A program made the translations under genes and the position numbers. The notes below the pieces were generated by a model, which ran no database searches, had not been told where the DNA came from, and saw nothing but the letters and a program-made list of their open reading frames with translations. A stretch of 64,000 nucleotides of DNA from contig CM022668.1 of assembly GCA_012295275.1 (NCBI GenBank), forward strand, positions 8,370,001 to 8,434,000, written 5' to 3'. Numbering within the stretch: position 1 is the first letter of the stretch; each line of letters begins with the position of its first letter. This DNA is from Chrysomallon squamiferum (lineage: Eukaryota; Animalia; Mollusca). Shown here in pieces: positions 35,096-63,884 of the stretch.

Positions 35096-35714
35096 CTTTT
35101 GTGAAACTGCATTTACCCCGAGGACTCCTCGCCAATGTGAACATCATACAACATGACACTTAAAACACTCTGCTTTATTGTAGTGTATTATACGACCAGC
35201 GTATAATAATAGTTTACGTCATTTCACTCAAAGTCATGTAGTATACAAACATTTTGTCCTATATTGTTTAGTGTAATTATACCGAATTTACTTTCAAAAT
35301 GAATATTTGAAAATGATGTAATATTCAACTTCCATATTATTCTGATTGGACATTTGTCATTTTTCAATGAAATCTTTCAATAATTTAATATCCGTTGTGT
35401 TCAACATACAACAGTTATAAAGAAACATATCTTTTCGATGAAAGTAAAACAAAAATTGTCAGTTATTTTCTATAACAGCACAGAATGAAAACGTGCTTGT
35501 TAAATGTTAATATTACAGTTCAACGACTTTTCTTAAATAATGTCTACTGAATGAGAACAGAGGCTAAGCGTGTACGTTAGCGAAACAATTGACGAAAGAT
35601 AACAAAAGTGAGTCTAACATTTCATGACCGTCTAAGGTTAGGTTGATTTGAAACTTCTTTAATATATTTTGTTTCTTTTCAGTTAAAGCTTAGACTAGCT
35701 TTACATCTTATCTA

Positions 35715-35775
<61 letters not shown>

Positions 35776-36077
35776 TTATTATTATTGTTGTTGTTATTAT
35801 TATTATTATTATTATTATTTTTTTTTTCTTGTTGCTTTTGTTTTGTTGTTTGATGTTATTTTTCTTTTGTTGTAATTATATTTGTTGTTGTTATTCTTGA
35901 CTTCGTTCATTTCTTCTTCTTTTTCTTCTTCATTTTCTTATTATTCTTATTATCACACAGTATATTTAATCGTTTATCATCTACCACAGTGATCTGCTAA
36001 GGTTAAAACCGCGAATAACAGCAAGTTAGAGATACACCCCTAACTCAGATCACGTTACATCTTTGCTATTATTGCAG
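35096..36077 (-). repeat. Arm B of the ~1 kb inverted duplication (copy of the sulfotransferase 1 3' flank)
   Basis: Reverse complement of 11335-12306 with scattered substitutions, small indels and a different internal (AAT)n length. Confidence 0.92.
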
Positions 36078-36737
36078 GTATTAAATGTATTAGTCAGTTA
36101 TGAATATAAATAATACTTTGTCAGTAGTTTTTGTTTGACATGTAAGACGGAGGAGATGCATACACTGAACATGCATATTATATTAGTGCTAACCAGTGAT
36201 GCGTTTTTCCCACCGTCTCATGAATTCACAGTTTTTTCATTCCAAAAGATGTAACATGCGAAATAGCAAGGAATTTCATCATAAACGAAATAATAATTAG
36301 TACAAGGGACGCTATTTTTATGTGTATATTTTCCTTTGTATGTGTGTGTTTTCCTTTGTATGTGTATGTTTTCCTTTGTATGTGTGTGTTTTCCTTTGTA
36401 TGTGTGTGTATTTGTGGTTTTGAGCGTATACACAGACACACACACACGGAGTGTAAATATCTACAGATATTAGGAAACACAGTGACGTAGGTAAATAAAA
36501 TAATTTAATTATCTCAGATTCCATTAACAAGAATCGAGCCTATGTCATCAAATCGCTCGGATTCCATAGACGGGGAATGAAAACAAAACAAACAAAAAAC
36601 CTTTAAAACAAAGAAGAAAAGAAAGAGAAAAATAATGTGAAAGATACACATTTTTGTATTTGTCTAATTTCAGTTGTTCACTTAAATATGTTTAGCTGTA
36701 TTCGTATGCTCTCAAAAGTTATCGCCCTTCCTAGAAA

Positions 36738-36774
<37 letters not shown>

Positions 36775-37076
36775 GTATTGTAAAAGTAATATTGTCAGGA
36801 TCTACATGAGTCAATTTCAAAATTCATGCTTATCTACCTACCTACCAATCTAAATACACACACACAGACAGAAAGACAGACATTCAGACACATTCACATA
36901 AAATCGAAAAAACAAACTGAAATACATTTCTGTGTCAGTATAGCCTAAGATGTTTTGGTGTTTCTATAATCGAAAGAAAATACGTGAGGAATTACTATGT
37001 AATAGTAGAATATATATATAGTAGATTGTGAACATATTATATCAGTGATAGAAATAATGTACTACTACTACTACTG

Positions 37077-37110
<34 letters not shown>

Positions 37111-37366
37111 CACTGCTACTACTACTACCACTACTACTACTACTACTACTAATAATAATAATACATTTCTAGAACTGAGTTTGGGTACGTAAGCAAAATC
37201 TGCTGTCAAACGAATATTATATGTTTGACGTCACATAGTAATACGTGACAATGAACTACGTCACACTTATATTTCCGCTGGGAATACGCCGGCTTCGACA
37301 TGGACTGTAACCAACTTTTAAAAACATGATCACATTTGCTTGGTTTATTTACACAAAACAGTCGTA

Positions 37367-37609
37367 ATGGAGGCCAATGACCACGCGGAATCAAACATCC
37401 AGGATCCACTGGAAAGGAAAACTGAGAAATATGGTGATGTTTTTAAATCTCTTTCAAATATTATTCATGATTTGATTCGAGAAGCTGAAGTGAGTAAAGG
37501 AAGAGGCGCTGACAGGGTTGCTGATGTCATCACTGACAAACGCCGAGCGGGTGTATCGCCTGTTCCAACGTCAAAGACAGTCCAGACGCGTCACTTCAAG
37601 AAAACATAA
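37367..37609 (+). CDS. Short ORF (MEANDHAESNIQDPLERK...), either an overlapping uORF or the frameshifted N-terminus of the long ORF
   Basis: ATG in good context (gtaATGG) and non-repetitive protein-like sequence. It overlaps the long ORF in another frame over 37494-37609. Confidence 0.4.
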   Translation: MEANDHAESNIQDPLERKTEKYGDVFKSLSNIIHDLIREAEVSKGRGADRVADVITDKRRAGVSPVPTSKTVQTRHFKKT

Positions 37610-40600
37610 ACGACGTCCACATTCGTGTATGCTTCACAAAGTCGTAAGTGTGCGGTACAGGCGAGTGAGAGGACTGGCACACAATCCTGCAATTCAGTCA
37701 CACGCGCACAGAAACAGTGAGAAGCTCAGCCAGCCGAAGCCGAGCTCCTCGGTAAATCAGCAGGATAAAGAAATTAAGCAACATCCTCTGGGCACCACAG
37801 TGAATAAAAGTAAATTTTCACAGAAGGTCAGGTTTGTGACAAAAACGCATACGCCATTGTTGAGTAAACCGAGCAGAAAGTTCCACTCGTGTTGCGTCTC
37901 TCACCCAGCAGCCTCTGTCGTGAACAAGCTAGTGCCGACAAATACCAAGGCGGCAGAATACCTCATTCTGAAAACAAAAGAAATGAACACGTGCATTCTG
38001 CGAAGCAAACCTATGATGTATTTGAAGAATAACAGAGATTATTCGGATAAGCAAGGCGACGTTTTGCCAACATGCGTTAGAGACTGCCGAGTTGAACGAG
38101 AAGAGGCGAGAAGCCAGCTTGAAGGAAATCTAAACAACGGAGATAATTTTCTACTGAAAGATGATGAAATAAAAAGATACATATTAAGAAATCGGTCGCA
38201 GGTGTATCTCAAAAATCTTTATAAAAAAAGTCAGCTGCATGACCGAAAGGCAAATCTCCCGAATATTTATGAAATCAAAGACAGTATCAAGAATTGTCCA
38301 ACAAACAACAGGCGTTTTAACCCTTGTGTGTCTAAAAGCCGATCACAGATTTACATAAAAAAGTTACAACAGAGATACTACAGATCATTCACAGATTCGA
38401 ATTCAAACATGAACAATAAAATTGATGAAAAACGCGAGAATCTTATTCGATGCGGGAAAGACAGCTACAGAAGATATCGTCATGGTTACTATGATGATTA
38501 CATCAGTTTGATATTGAGGCTCAGGGAACAGTTAGGAATTACAAATTGCGAAACGGATACAAAAATAAAAGCAAACTGTTACAGCAATAAGAATCAGAGC
38601 GACATTGTTTCAGATACAAAACCAATGAATCCAGACAGAAGGCCAGATGAAAATAGTAGTACTGAAACAGCAAAAACGAGAGAAAAACTAGGATGTTATG
38701 CTAAATATATTTTGTTAAATTATCTGAAACACAATAGAAGTAAGAGCAAATCGTTGAATGAAAAGGTACAAACAAAGGAACACAAGCAAAATAATTTCAT
38801 TCTGAAAAACAGAGAAATAATAAATATGCCATCTGACTTTAAATTTAATATTCCGAATCCTACGAGAAAAAATAGAAAATATTATGAACTGTTTTGGCGA
38901 GAGAAATGTATTAACAGGTATATATATGGAAATAATTCACCTTTACATTCTCGATGCAACTCTTCGCGAATTAAACTAGCAGTCAGCTGTACAAGTTGTA
39001 AATCTGTTACTTCTGGATCAGCACACACTAATTTGTCACAGACGCAAACTAAAATGTCTCGCAGTGAGAAAAACAGCGATACGATCATGTCAACTTCACA
39101 GGCATTTAGCAGTCACCTTTCCAACGATTTAAAAGAACAGTTAAACTGTGCAACAATAAAGAATCCTCAAACCAGAATTTCCAGCGCACAAAATGTCGAT
39201 GGACTGAAAGATGTCACAAAAAACATAAAAGGAAATAACAGCTTCTCCACGAGAAGGAAACTGAATGTTGAAAATAAGAAGACTGGTAAAAACAGAGATA
39301 TATTTTCCGAAAGAAAGAAAATAAATAAATTCACAGTAACCTGCAATCCAGCAAAATCTTTACGAAAATATCCGTTATGCTGGATAAAAAACATCCCTAT
39401 CAATGAAAAGGAAAGTACTACATGTACATGGAAATCGTTTACAAAACACAAAAAACAAACTCCAGGATTTATTAAATGTTGTATGAAAAATCGCGATTTC
39501 ACTAACGAATTGAAAAACAAAGAATTTTCTTTGAAAATTTCTAAGAGGCTAGATATTAACAAAGATGGAGAAACTGATGAAACTGCCGTGCCAAAGAAAG
39601 AAAATGGAGAAAGTCCTCTGCATAAGAATTGTGTTAATCAGGACGACATACGTGAAAAATGTGATGAAAATTACATGAAGTCACAGTCATATAAAGAAAA
39701 GATATCTGTGAGTTCTGAGAATAACACATACTCTTCGACACTTAACAACACTAATGGTAACTTTAAAAAGAATGAAAACGACGAGGTGGCTTCGGATTCA
39801 TTGGAAAATCGGCTTTGTCTGGAACACGACAATGTTGAAAATAATGAAATATATCAAAACAAGATTAAAGATTCTTTTCTGCAGGTCAGAAGAACGGACC
39901 TCAGTTTGTCAAAACGAAAACTTCTTTCTCAAGAGAACTCCAACACGAAAGAGACACGCGAGATTCCCGAACAGAAAGTAGTATCGAAACCTGAAAAGGA
40001 ATCAACCAAACTTTTAGCCTCTGAAAATTTGGAGAAAGCGGAAGTAAAATCGTTAGATCGTGATTTTGAAGTTTATAACACTAATTTATTATATAATTCG
40101 TTTACATGCTCGCAAGTGAACAAGATAAACGAAAGAGTGAGACAAAATATAATTTCGAAAAGCGATCAGATTAGAAATATTCAGGCTGAGATGAGGTTTA
40201 TGAAATCACCAAAGGGTAACAAATACAAACCGAGCAAATGTTTGATTTCAAAGCTTAGAGGCGTACCGCCTCAGCCAAACTGGAACATTCCTAAAAGTGA
40301 AATATCCGAAGAGGAACACAGGCATTTCAGTTCCTATGACAAAAACGGAATTTCCAGAGCAAAAGGTAAATCAGGTAATAAAGAGAAAAAAGAGACAAGA
40401 GGCAAAGTTTTTAAGGAGTCGGAAGTAATGATTATTCCTTTTTCTGAAAAGGGTAAAAATTCAATCAAGAAATCGGGCCTGGAAAACGCTCGGCTGGAGG
40501 AAAGGAACAATAAATTCACGACAAAAATTGCTAAATCGGAAATACATATCCCGTCGATCAGTTCTCGTACGTCTGAAGAAAAGAAAGAGAAGCTGGTCTC

Positions 40601-41123
40601 GATGGTTTGTGTCCCAGCCTTGACCTCTCCAGCTCGTTTCCGATATTCTCACTGGCGACGCACAACCAACCCTCTCGAGTCAAAGAGACGTGAACTCGTC
40701 GAGGGTCTGATTTCTCACAGGGAAAACTTGAGAAACACTCACTGTGCAAGGAGATTAAACAGATACATGACAGAAACAAGGGAGGCAAACCACAGCAGTG
40801 TGGCACTAAAGAGTTACACCGTTCACACTACGTATTCCTCAAACACGCTCAAACTGATAAGCGTGGAAAAACTGGCACGTGACTTCTCTTTTAAAAATCG
40901 GGAAATGAAAAATGTCCCAACGTTGCCAAATCTAAAATTTCGAAATTGTGACAAAATTCAGGCAAAGAACGAACTTTCGACTTCTAAGAGTTCACAGATT
41001 AAAGAAGCAGCAACAAAAGACTCTTTTCAAACAGGCATTTCTTACCTTCCACAGCCAAAAGTTGATCTTCACAGTGGCTTGAATAAGTCACGTAGGCATG
41101 GGTTTTTGATTCTAAGATATTAA
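37518..41123 (+). CDS. Uncharacterised ~1200-aa Lys/Asn/Ser/Arg-rich protein, single long exon
   Basis: A 3.6 kb stop-free, non-repetitive ORF in very AT-rich DNA is unlikely by chance. First ATG at 37524. I recognise no domain and no RT, integrase or transposase motif. Confidence 0.8.
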   Translation: MLMSSLTNAERVYRLFQRQRQSRRVTSRKHKRRPHSCMLHKVVSVRYRRVRGLAHNPAIQSHAHRNSEKLSQPKPSSSVNQQDKEIKQHPLGTTVNKSKFSQKVRFVTKTHTPLLSKPSRKFHSCCVSHPAASVVNKLVPTNTKAAEYLILKTKEMNTCILRSKPMMYLKNNRDYSDKQGDVLPTCVRDCRVEREEARSQLEGNLNNGDNFLLKDDEIKRYILRNRSQVYLKNLYKKSQLHDRKANLPNIYEIKDSIKNCPTNNRRFNPCVSKSRSQIYIKKLQQRYYRSFTDSNSNMNNKIDEKRENLIRCGKDSYRRYRHGYYDDYISLILRLREQLGITNCETDTKIKANCYSNKNQSDIVSDTKPMNPDRRPDENSSTETAKTREKLGCYAKYILLNYLKHNRSKSKSLNEKVQTKEHKQNNFILKNREIINMPSDFKFNIPNPTRKNRKYYELFWREKCINRYIYGNNSPLHSRCNSSRIKLAVSCTSCKSVTSGSAHTNLSQTQTKMSRSEKNSDTIMSTSQAFSSHLSNDLKEQLNCATIKNPQTRISSAQNVDGLKDVTKNIKGNNSFSTRRKLNVENKKTGKNRDIFSERKKINKFTVTCNPAKSLRKYPLCWIKNIPINEKESTTCTWKSFTKHKKQTPGFIKCCMKNRDFTNELKNKEFSLKISKRLDINKDGETDETAVPKKENGESPLHKNCVNQDDIREKCDENYMKSQSYKEKISVSSENNTYSSTLNNTNGNFKKNENDEVASDSLENRLCLEHDNVENNEIYQNKIKDSFLQVRRTDLSLSKRKLLSQENSNTKETREIPEQKVVSKPEKESTKLLASENLEKAEVKSLDRDFEVYNTNLLYNSFTCSQVNKINERVRQNIISKSDQIRNIQAEMRFMKSPKGNKYKPSKCLISKLRGVPPQPNWNIPKSEISEEEHRHFSSYDKNGISRAKGKSGNKEKKETRGKVFKESEVMIIPFSEKGKNSIKKSGLENARLEERNNKFTTKIAKSEIHIPSISSRTSEEKKEKLVSMVCVPALTSPARFRYSHWRRTTNPLESKRRELVEGLISHRENLRNTHCARRLNRYMTETREANHSSVALKSYTVHTTYSSNTLKLISVEKLARDFSFKNREMKNVPTLPNLKFRNCDKIQAKNELSTSKSSQIKEAATKDSFQTGISYLPQPKVDLHSGLNKSRRHGFLILRY

Positions 41124-41365
41124 ATATCTGTAAACTACAAAAAACAAAAACAACAAAACCCAAACCCCATGTAAAGTTTTATCCTTGTTAATTTATTTCC
41201 TTGGTATTGTTGTTGTTGTTATTGATGATGATGATGCTGATGTTGTTGTTACTGACGATGATGATGATGATGATTTGTTAGTGTTATTGTTTTTTTTTTA
41301 TTATTATTACTACTACTACTATTGCTGTTGTTGTTGTAAATATTATAATTATTATTATAATTATA

Positions 41366-41434
<69 letters not shown>

Positions 41435-42134
41435 TCTTTGAGTCAGGACCAATTTGCCATTCGAATCAGCTACTATCCCATTTCATCGATTTTGTCAAAA
41501 TATGTGCCCTCCTGTATATGATAAGGTATATATATAAAATATTATTTGCTGCCGATCGAAAAGAGTCCATGTTTTATTTTATTTTTTATTTTTTAATGAA
41601 CGATTTATTTTCTTTATTAAAAATAATAAATTTTGAAATAACAACAATAAACAAACAACAAAGACAAGACAAAGCAACAATAAATAAGACAAATTCCACA
41701 TAGAATAAACAAATGTTGTCACTTAATAATCTAAATAATAATGAAAACAAATGAAAAAAAATCGAAAAGAAAAAGAAAGAAATCTAGATAAATAAATAAA
41801 TGAAAACAAAATCACAACAATTAGATTTAATCAAATTTAAACAAAATATATATGCAATAAAATAATATACAAAATAATTAAAAATTAGTGTGAGGTCATT
41901 TTATTTCAATTTTTATAACAGAATTTATTTCATAATTAAAGAGAGCACTGAAACGAAATAGCTAAAACGAAAAAAAATCCAAAAAAGAAACCCGAATAAA
42001 ATGAAAAACAAAATTAAATAAATACATAAATAAAATAAAATAAAATAATATATATATATATATATATAAGTAAATAAATAAATAAATAAATAAATAATGA
42101 AAAAATAAATAAATAAATAAATAAATAAATAAAA

Positions 42135-42185
<51 letters not shown>

Positions 42186-42454
42186 ACAGCGAAATAAAGA
42201 AAAATAGTAAGGACCAAAAATTGTTTTAAACATTTAAAATATTGTTTTTAATGTAAAATTAAACATTCAGTATAATGTGGACATCGCTACTTTTTAATCC
42301 ATCGTTTTTTGTTGTTTATTTTTCTTACTTTTCCTTTCATTCCTTTTTATTTATATTTTCTTCTTAGATAAATTTATTAGAAAAAAACACACATTAATCC
42401 TGCTACGCCCATCTTGTTATCCAGGATCCGATAGGAGTAGCTACCTTATTTTAG

Positions 42455-43540
42455 CTATTTATAACAATTTGTCCCATCCACGTGTGAACTGCTATCCGCT
42501 ATTCCTGGAAGCCTTTTTTCACTACAGTTTTCTGTACGCTTATTCATAGATTCCCTTGGTGACGTCATAAAATCATTCATGAAAAACGCAGGGGACTCGT
42601 TTTCATGTCTAGAAAACTGTGTGATTGTTTTTTCTATTTTTTTGTCCGCCATTGTTGACGTTGTTGTGTTGGACTGTTCATCCACACATCTACTGCGAGG
42701 AGGTGACGTCTCATGCGACAGCTGGCAGTAATATCTGAAAAGGGTCATCAGTTTTCTTTCGTTCAGCCGATCGCCTACGGAAAAACAACCCAGCTTGAGG
42801 TAACACTGGTCCGGCTCTAGCGTATGATTCAATCGACTTCCTGTCTGATATTTTTTCACTAAGTTGTATAATTCGAGTTCGATGTTTTCGGATGTTCTTC
42901 TCGTTTTCTCCAGTTTCGGCAGAACATCAGCAGGATTCATAAACTCAGTTGATTTGTTCTGTTTGCTTCTCGAATGTTCTGCTGTTCTCGGTTGTTTGGA
43001 GTCTCTGGCTAGGTATCGCCTGTCGGATGACGAATAATACGATCGTAAACTTCTGTCGGTTTCGTCGTACTTTTCAACATCGCGAACATCGTCGGGATTA
43101 ACGGGAGGAAACCAGACATCACGACGCAGTGTCGGACACATTTCTGTCGTCGTGTACTGTTTTGACTTGGCTCTTAGTCCCTTCAACTTTCCTCTTGCTG
43201 TAATGTTTGAGTTATCTCCCTTCGGTGGACGTAACCCTGAAATCGTTACAATTTCTCCCGCTGTCTCATTATCCAGCCATGCTTGATTTTCCGTTTTCTT
43301 CACTCGCTGTCGAAAATTAGGTGCGATCAGAAAATTCGGGGATACTTTTACGGAAGCTGATTTGATCTTCCGATTTGATTTAGCTAATGTTTCGGCATCG
43401 GAAAGTTTTAAACGACTGAAGGTTTCAGGTGAATTGTACGCACCATTCAGAATCTGGTCGATGCTATTTATATGATTCAGCTTACGATCACGGTTCCAGT
43501 TGCACCTCAGTCGTTCAATGAATTTTCTATTATTCCACAT
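42455..43540 (-). CDS. Uncharacterised ~361-aa basic, hydrophilic protein (MWNNRKFIERLRCNW...)
   Basis: 1086-nt ORF with raised GC. A splice acceptor ttaatttcag lies upstream at 43622 and is followed by an in-frame stop, so the ATG at 43540 is the probable start. Convergent with the 1200-aa ORF. Confidence 0.75.
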   Translation of the reverse strand: MWNNRKFIERLRCNWNRDRKLNHINSIDQILNGAYNSPETFSRLKLSDAETLAKSNRKIKSASVKVSPNFLIAPNFRQRVKKTENQAWLDNETAGEIVTISGLRPPKGDNSNITARGKLKGLRAKSKQYTTTEMCPTLRRDVWFPPVNPDDVRDVEKYDETDRSLRSYYSSSDRRYLARDSKQPRTAEHSRSKQNKSTEFMNPADVLPKLEKTRRTSENIELELYNLVKKYQTGSRLNHTLEPDQCYLKLGCFSVGDRLNERKLMTLFRYYCQLSHETSPPRSRCVDEQSNTTTSTMADKKIEKTITQFSRHENESPAFFMNDFMTSPRESMNKRTENCSEKRLPGIADSSSHVDGTNCYK

Positions 43541-44007
43541 AGTAGACAGATAGTAGAGCAAAGAACAAACAGAAATGAATGTTTTAATGACCTTTGTTGA
43601 AGATCAGGTTAACCAGGTAATCTGAAATTAACAAAAAATATATGTACGTACCTGTGTACATACTCGTGTATTTAAGAATGAATATTCGTATGTCTTACTA
43701 CTTTTGATTAATCTCGCACAATAATCGGGAAAATCACTGGCATAGGAAGACAATCATGACCTCAAAAACGTCAGATGACGCTAACGTGTTATGCATTCTC
43801 CTGATGACGACAGACATGCAGATGTATATATGTATTTTAGGATTTGAATATTCTCTGTCTGGTGTACGTCTGATTAGACGCACTGACACATCATGAAAGG
43901 CTAATCACGACCTCACAAACCCGTCTGAAGCCGCTGAAAATACACCAACGTGTGGCACCCATTCGCCCGCTCTCCGAAAAACATCATCATTCGATATCGA
44001 GACAACC

Positions 44008-44053
<46 letters not shown>

Positions 44054-46166
44054 GTGTATATGTGTGTGTGTGTGTATGTGTGTGTGTGTGTGTATGTGTG
44101 TGTGTATATGTGTGTGTTGTGGGATGTTAATGTAGATCTATGTTTCTATGTATATGTTACTGTGTGTGTGTGTTTATTCTTATATAGATGTTACTATGTG
44201 TGAGTGTATTTGTATATATATATGTATGTGTGTGTATGTGTATATATATATATGTATGTGTGTGTATGTGTATATATATATGTATGTGTGTATGTGTGTG
44301 TGTATATATATATATATATGCATGTCTGTGTTTGTTTTTTTATGTGTGTGTGTGTGTGTGAGATGTGTGTATTTAGTCTCTGGTTGAAGGTTACTAATTG
44401 CTGTGCATAATTTATTATTTACCGCTGCAGCTAATTCACGAACTAACTAAATAAACCAGAAAGTAAGAAATAAAAAGAAAGTAGATTACCTAATGTACTC
44501 TTCCTTCATCCTTTTCAAGATCTGTTTTATATCTGTTTTACATTTTATTTGTTAATGAGGAATCAACTACGTCAGCAAAGAAAATAAACAACAAAATACG
44601 TGGGCCATAATGATTACGTCATTAATTCAGCTGGCATAAATAAAGAAAACAAACGGTATTTCCTATATGAAGCCTATAAAGACATTCTAAAAGAAAAAGA
44701 AAAAGTATCTATTTCCTAATAAAGACACAAGCGTCGATAATAATTTTTGAATCTAAAGTTAAACTAGTGATTTAGCCTAGCTACGAAGTCTCATATTCAA
44801 GGCATTAGGAGAACTAGGCATTTGAAACTACCTAGATAAAAGTTAATTGTTCATATTTTGTATATATTTATTTTGCAACTGATAAATCAACTGTAATTGT
44901 TAATATTTGCATATCTGACTAACTTAGTCTATAGTTACTCTCACATATTGGTTATTTGGTGACGTCGAACTGTGACGCAATAAAGATGGTGTGTGAGACG
45001 GATGGGAGATGAGAAACTGATTTCTTGGAGTGAGTGGATACTTCGTTGTTAAATATATATTATACCATGTAATAAATAAATAAATAATAACATTATTACT
45101 AAATAAAATTAATTCGGTCAGTTTCTAAATATAATGGTATAACTGAAATTAAAACACAAACGAAAATAAAGCTCTGATTATTTTTACACAGCTAAACCGA
45201 TGTCATTAAATAAGATGTTCTTAACGGCAGAATAAAAACAAACGTAACTAATGCAATTGTATAATATATAAGAAGGTTCGCTGTTAAGAATTTCGTTTCT
45301 TGGAATGAGTGGGAAGTTCGCTTATAAATATCATCTCTACAGTGTTTAACAATAATATGTGAACGCTATTTAACTAGTCTCATTAGATTACAGGAACTCC
45401 TACTTGAAAACAAATCAGCTTCATTAACTAAATCTATGCAAAACATACGAATTATCCCCCCTCCGCTCTGTTCACCCCCCTCTGTTCCTCCGCCACCCCT
45501 CCCTCCTCTTTCTGAATGCCTTATTCTAAAAACAATGCAGTAAAACTAATACATTCTAAATCAAGAAGGGACAAATTAAAAAAACAAGACTATATCTGAA
45601 AAGGTAACCCGAACAGTGACGATAAAGGGTATTATTTATAATAAAATGTTTGTATCTTACAGCATACTGAACGGTAACCTCCACCCCTGTCAGATTTCAT
45701 GTTATTCCATAAGCCATTTTTAAATATTAGTTAGGTACCCGGAAGTAACTCTAGGAATAAATGTTGTTGAAAGTCAAACTCTAAATTTAATAGGAACAGG
45801 ATCTAATATGTCACTATTTGAGAACTGTCAAATCAAAGAGCCGCAAAGTCTGCTGTCTTTAGAAATACAATCTATTTTGTGACAAACCATCATAAAGAAA
45901 ACTGCCATTGTGAAAATGTATTTTTTTTTTTATAATTCTAATTCCAATGTGGTAAGACATGACCTTCTAAATCATGAATGACGTTACTATATATAATCTT
46001 ATATATAAAATCACTGGTCGTATTATTGTCGACGTAGTTGTTGACATTACTAGAGTTATTATTATTATAGCTGTCTTGTTGGTGTACATATTCTTCTTTT
46101 GTTATTACTGTTATTATCTGTTTATTTATTTACTGATTATTTATTATTTATTATTATTATTATTTG

Positions 46167-46224
<58 letters not shown>

Positions 46225-46829
46225 CGTTGTTGTTGTTGCTGTTGATGTTGTTGTTATTCGTTACTGTTTCTTGGTTTCTCTTTTGTTTTTGTTTTTTTGT
46301 TTTTTATAATTTTTATAATTTCGAATGTTTTAATTTTCATTTTTTTTTTCATTTGAAAATCCTGTTTCATTTGTGATAAGCTCCCATTGTGAGCATTTCC
46401 TGATGCTCGATTTTCCACCATGTATGTGGAAAGGAATAATTAGATTCAGTTATGAATATAGTACTAGTTTTTTTTTCTTTCTAAATCTTTTTTCATTTTT
46501 TTTTTTGTTTTTTTTCTGCTGGAAAAGCAAATTTAATCAGAATTATTTTACTAAAAGAGAACTTCATTATCAATGACAAACTCCTACTCCCATCCTAACA
46601 GACTGATAAATAGAAAACCAGACAGACACGTACTTACTTTTTTCGAAAAGAAAAACAAAATCAAGAAATTTATAGAGTTATTTATTTTTTGAAGATATAT
46701 TTAAGAGAATATAAGTTTTACAGTTTTTGATACCTATGTCTTGCGAAAATAAAACATAGAAGTGCTAGCTGTTTGTGTTTATTCGGAAAGGAGACAACAG
46801 TTTCTGCTACTCAAAATTTCTTGGTGTTG

Positions 46830-62720
<15,891 letters not shown>

Positions 62721-63418
62721 GCGTCCTTGTCTCGACAGCCACATCTTATGTTGCTGACGTCGTGCCAGTGTGTTTTCCAACAGTGTCTGTGTTCTGAGTA
62801 CAGTCAGAAGTGCTAGCCATAGACAGTTTATTTGTAAATGCCTTCATACATACATTCATGAGTACGGTGGTACGGATGTCTTTACAGATCTGTAAGAATG
62901 TTTCAGAATCTGGTATGTCGTGAACATGAAATGGTTTGATAGCATCGAAAATACAAGTACCGCCTGGTCGCGATTTTTTATTTTTTTTCCGATCTATAAT
63001 TTTGTATCTTAATCTGCATCAAGACGCTTATGTATGGCACAGACAGAAACATAGACAGATATACATCAATAGAGCCTACATACATGTTAACATTTTTGTC
63101 ACGATTACTTCACTTTCGTATTTAACATTATCTCTATTTTTTTCCTCTGAAATTTAAATATTAGTTCTGGAAAAAAAAATTAATATATATATATATATAT
63201 ATATAAATCAAAAACAAACAAATTGAAAAATAAAATTGAATAGAAAGAAATCAAATAAATAAATAAATGAATATATGTTAGTAACCAAAGAGAATGCGCA
63301 ACCAAACAAGCAAGCAAAGAGAAGAAAAATAAATACATTTGTAGCTGAATAGAAGTTTCTAATTATTTAATTACGAAGGAACTTTGATAACTGTATAGTT
63401 TCTTATGTAAGAACTTAC

Positions 63419-63459
63419 GAGCAGCCTTTTTTCAACAGATAGTTTCGACTCATTCCAGT
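63419..63459 (-). other. Putative 41-nt upstream (5' UTR) exon of the CAP gene
   Basis: ttttcag|ACTGG...GCTC|gtaagt on the minus strand. The next acceptor is cttacag at 62890. Confidence 0.45.
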
Positions 63460-63464
63460 CTGAA

Positions 63465-63745
63465 AATATAGTAATAATAATAAATAAAGCTAAACAACAC
63501 AAAATATAGTAATAATAATAAAGAAAACAAAACGACACAAAATATAGTAAAAATAAACAACAAAACAACAAAAAATATAGAATAATAATAAAACAAAACA
63601 ACACAAAATATAGTAATAATAATAAAGAAAACAAAACGACACAAAATATAGTAAAAATAAACAACAAAACAACAAAAAATATAGAATAATAATAAAACAA
63701 AACAACACAAAATATAATAATAATAATTAAAACAAAACAAACAAA
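63465..63745. repeat. AT-rich degenerate tandem repeat (acacaaaatatagtaataataataaa-type units)
   Basis: Repeating blocks visible, with a higher-order period of about 105 bp. Confidence 0.75.
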
Positions 63746-63850
63746 ATAAAATAATGAAAAATAAGTTATTTTCACATTACTTGTGTGTATCGAAAAATAA
63801 TAAAAAAAAGAAGAAATAAGTAAATGAATGAATGAATGAATGAATGAATA

Positions 63851-63884
<34 letters not shown>

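Noticed and set aside
37490-37515. 26-nt GT-AG intron that might join the two overlapping ORFs
   Set aside because: Too short, and splicing it gives GGT TGC TGA (a stop).
37518-41123. Long ORF as a retroelement or viral polyprotein
   Set aside because: No RT, RNase H, integrase, protease or zinc-knuckle motifs, and no LTRs or TIRs are visible.
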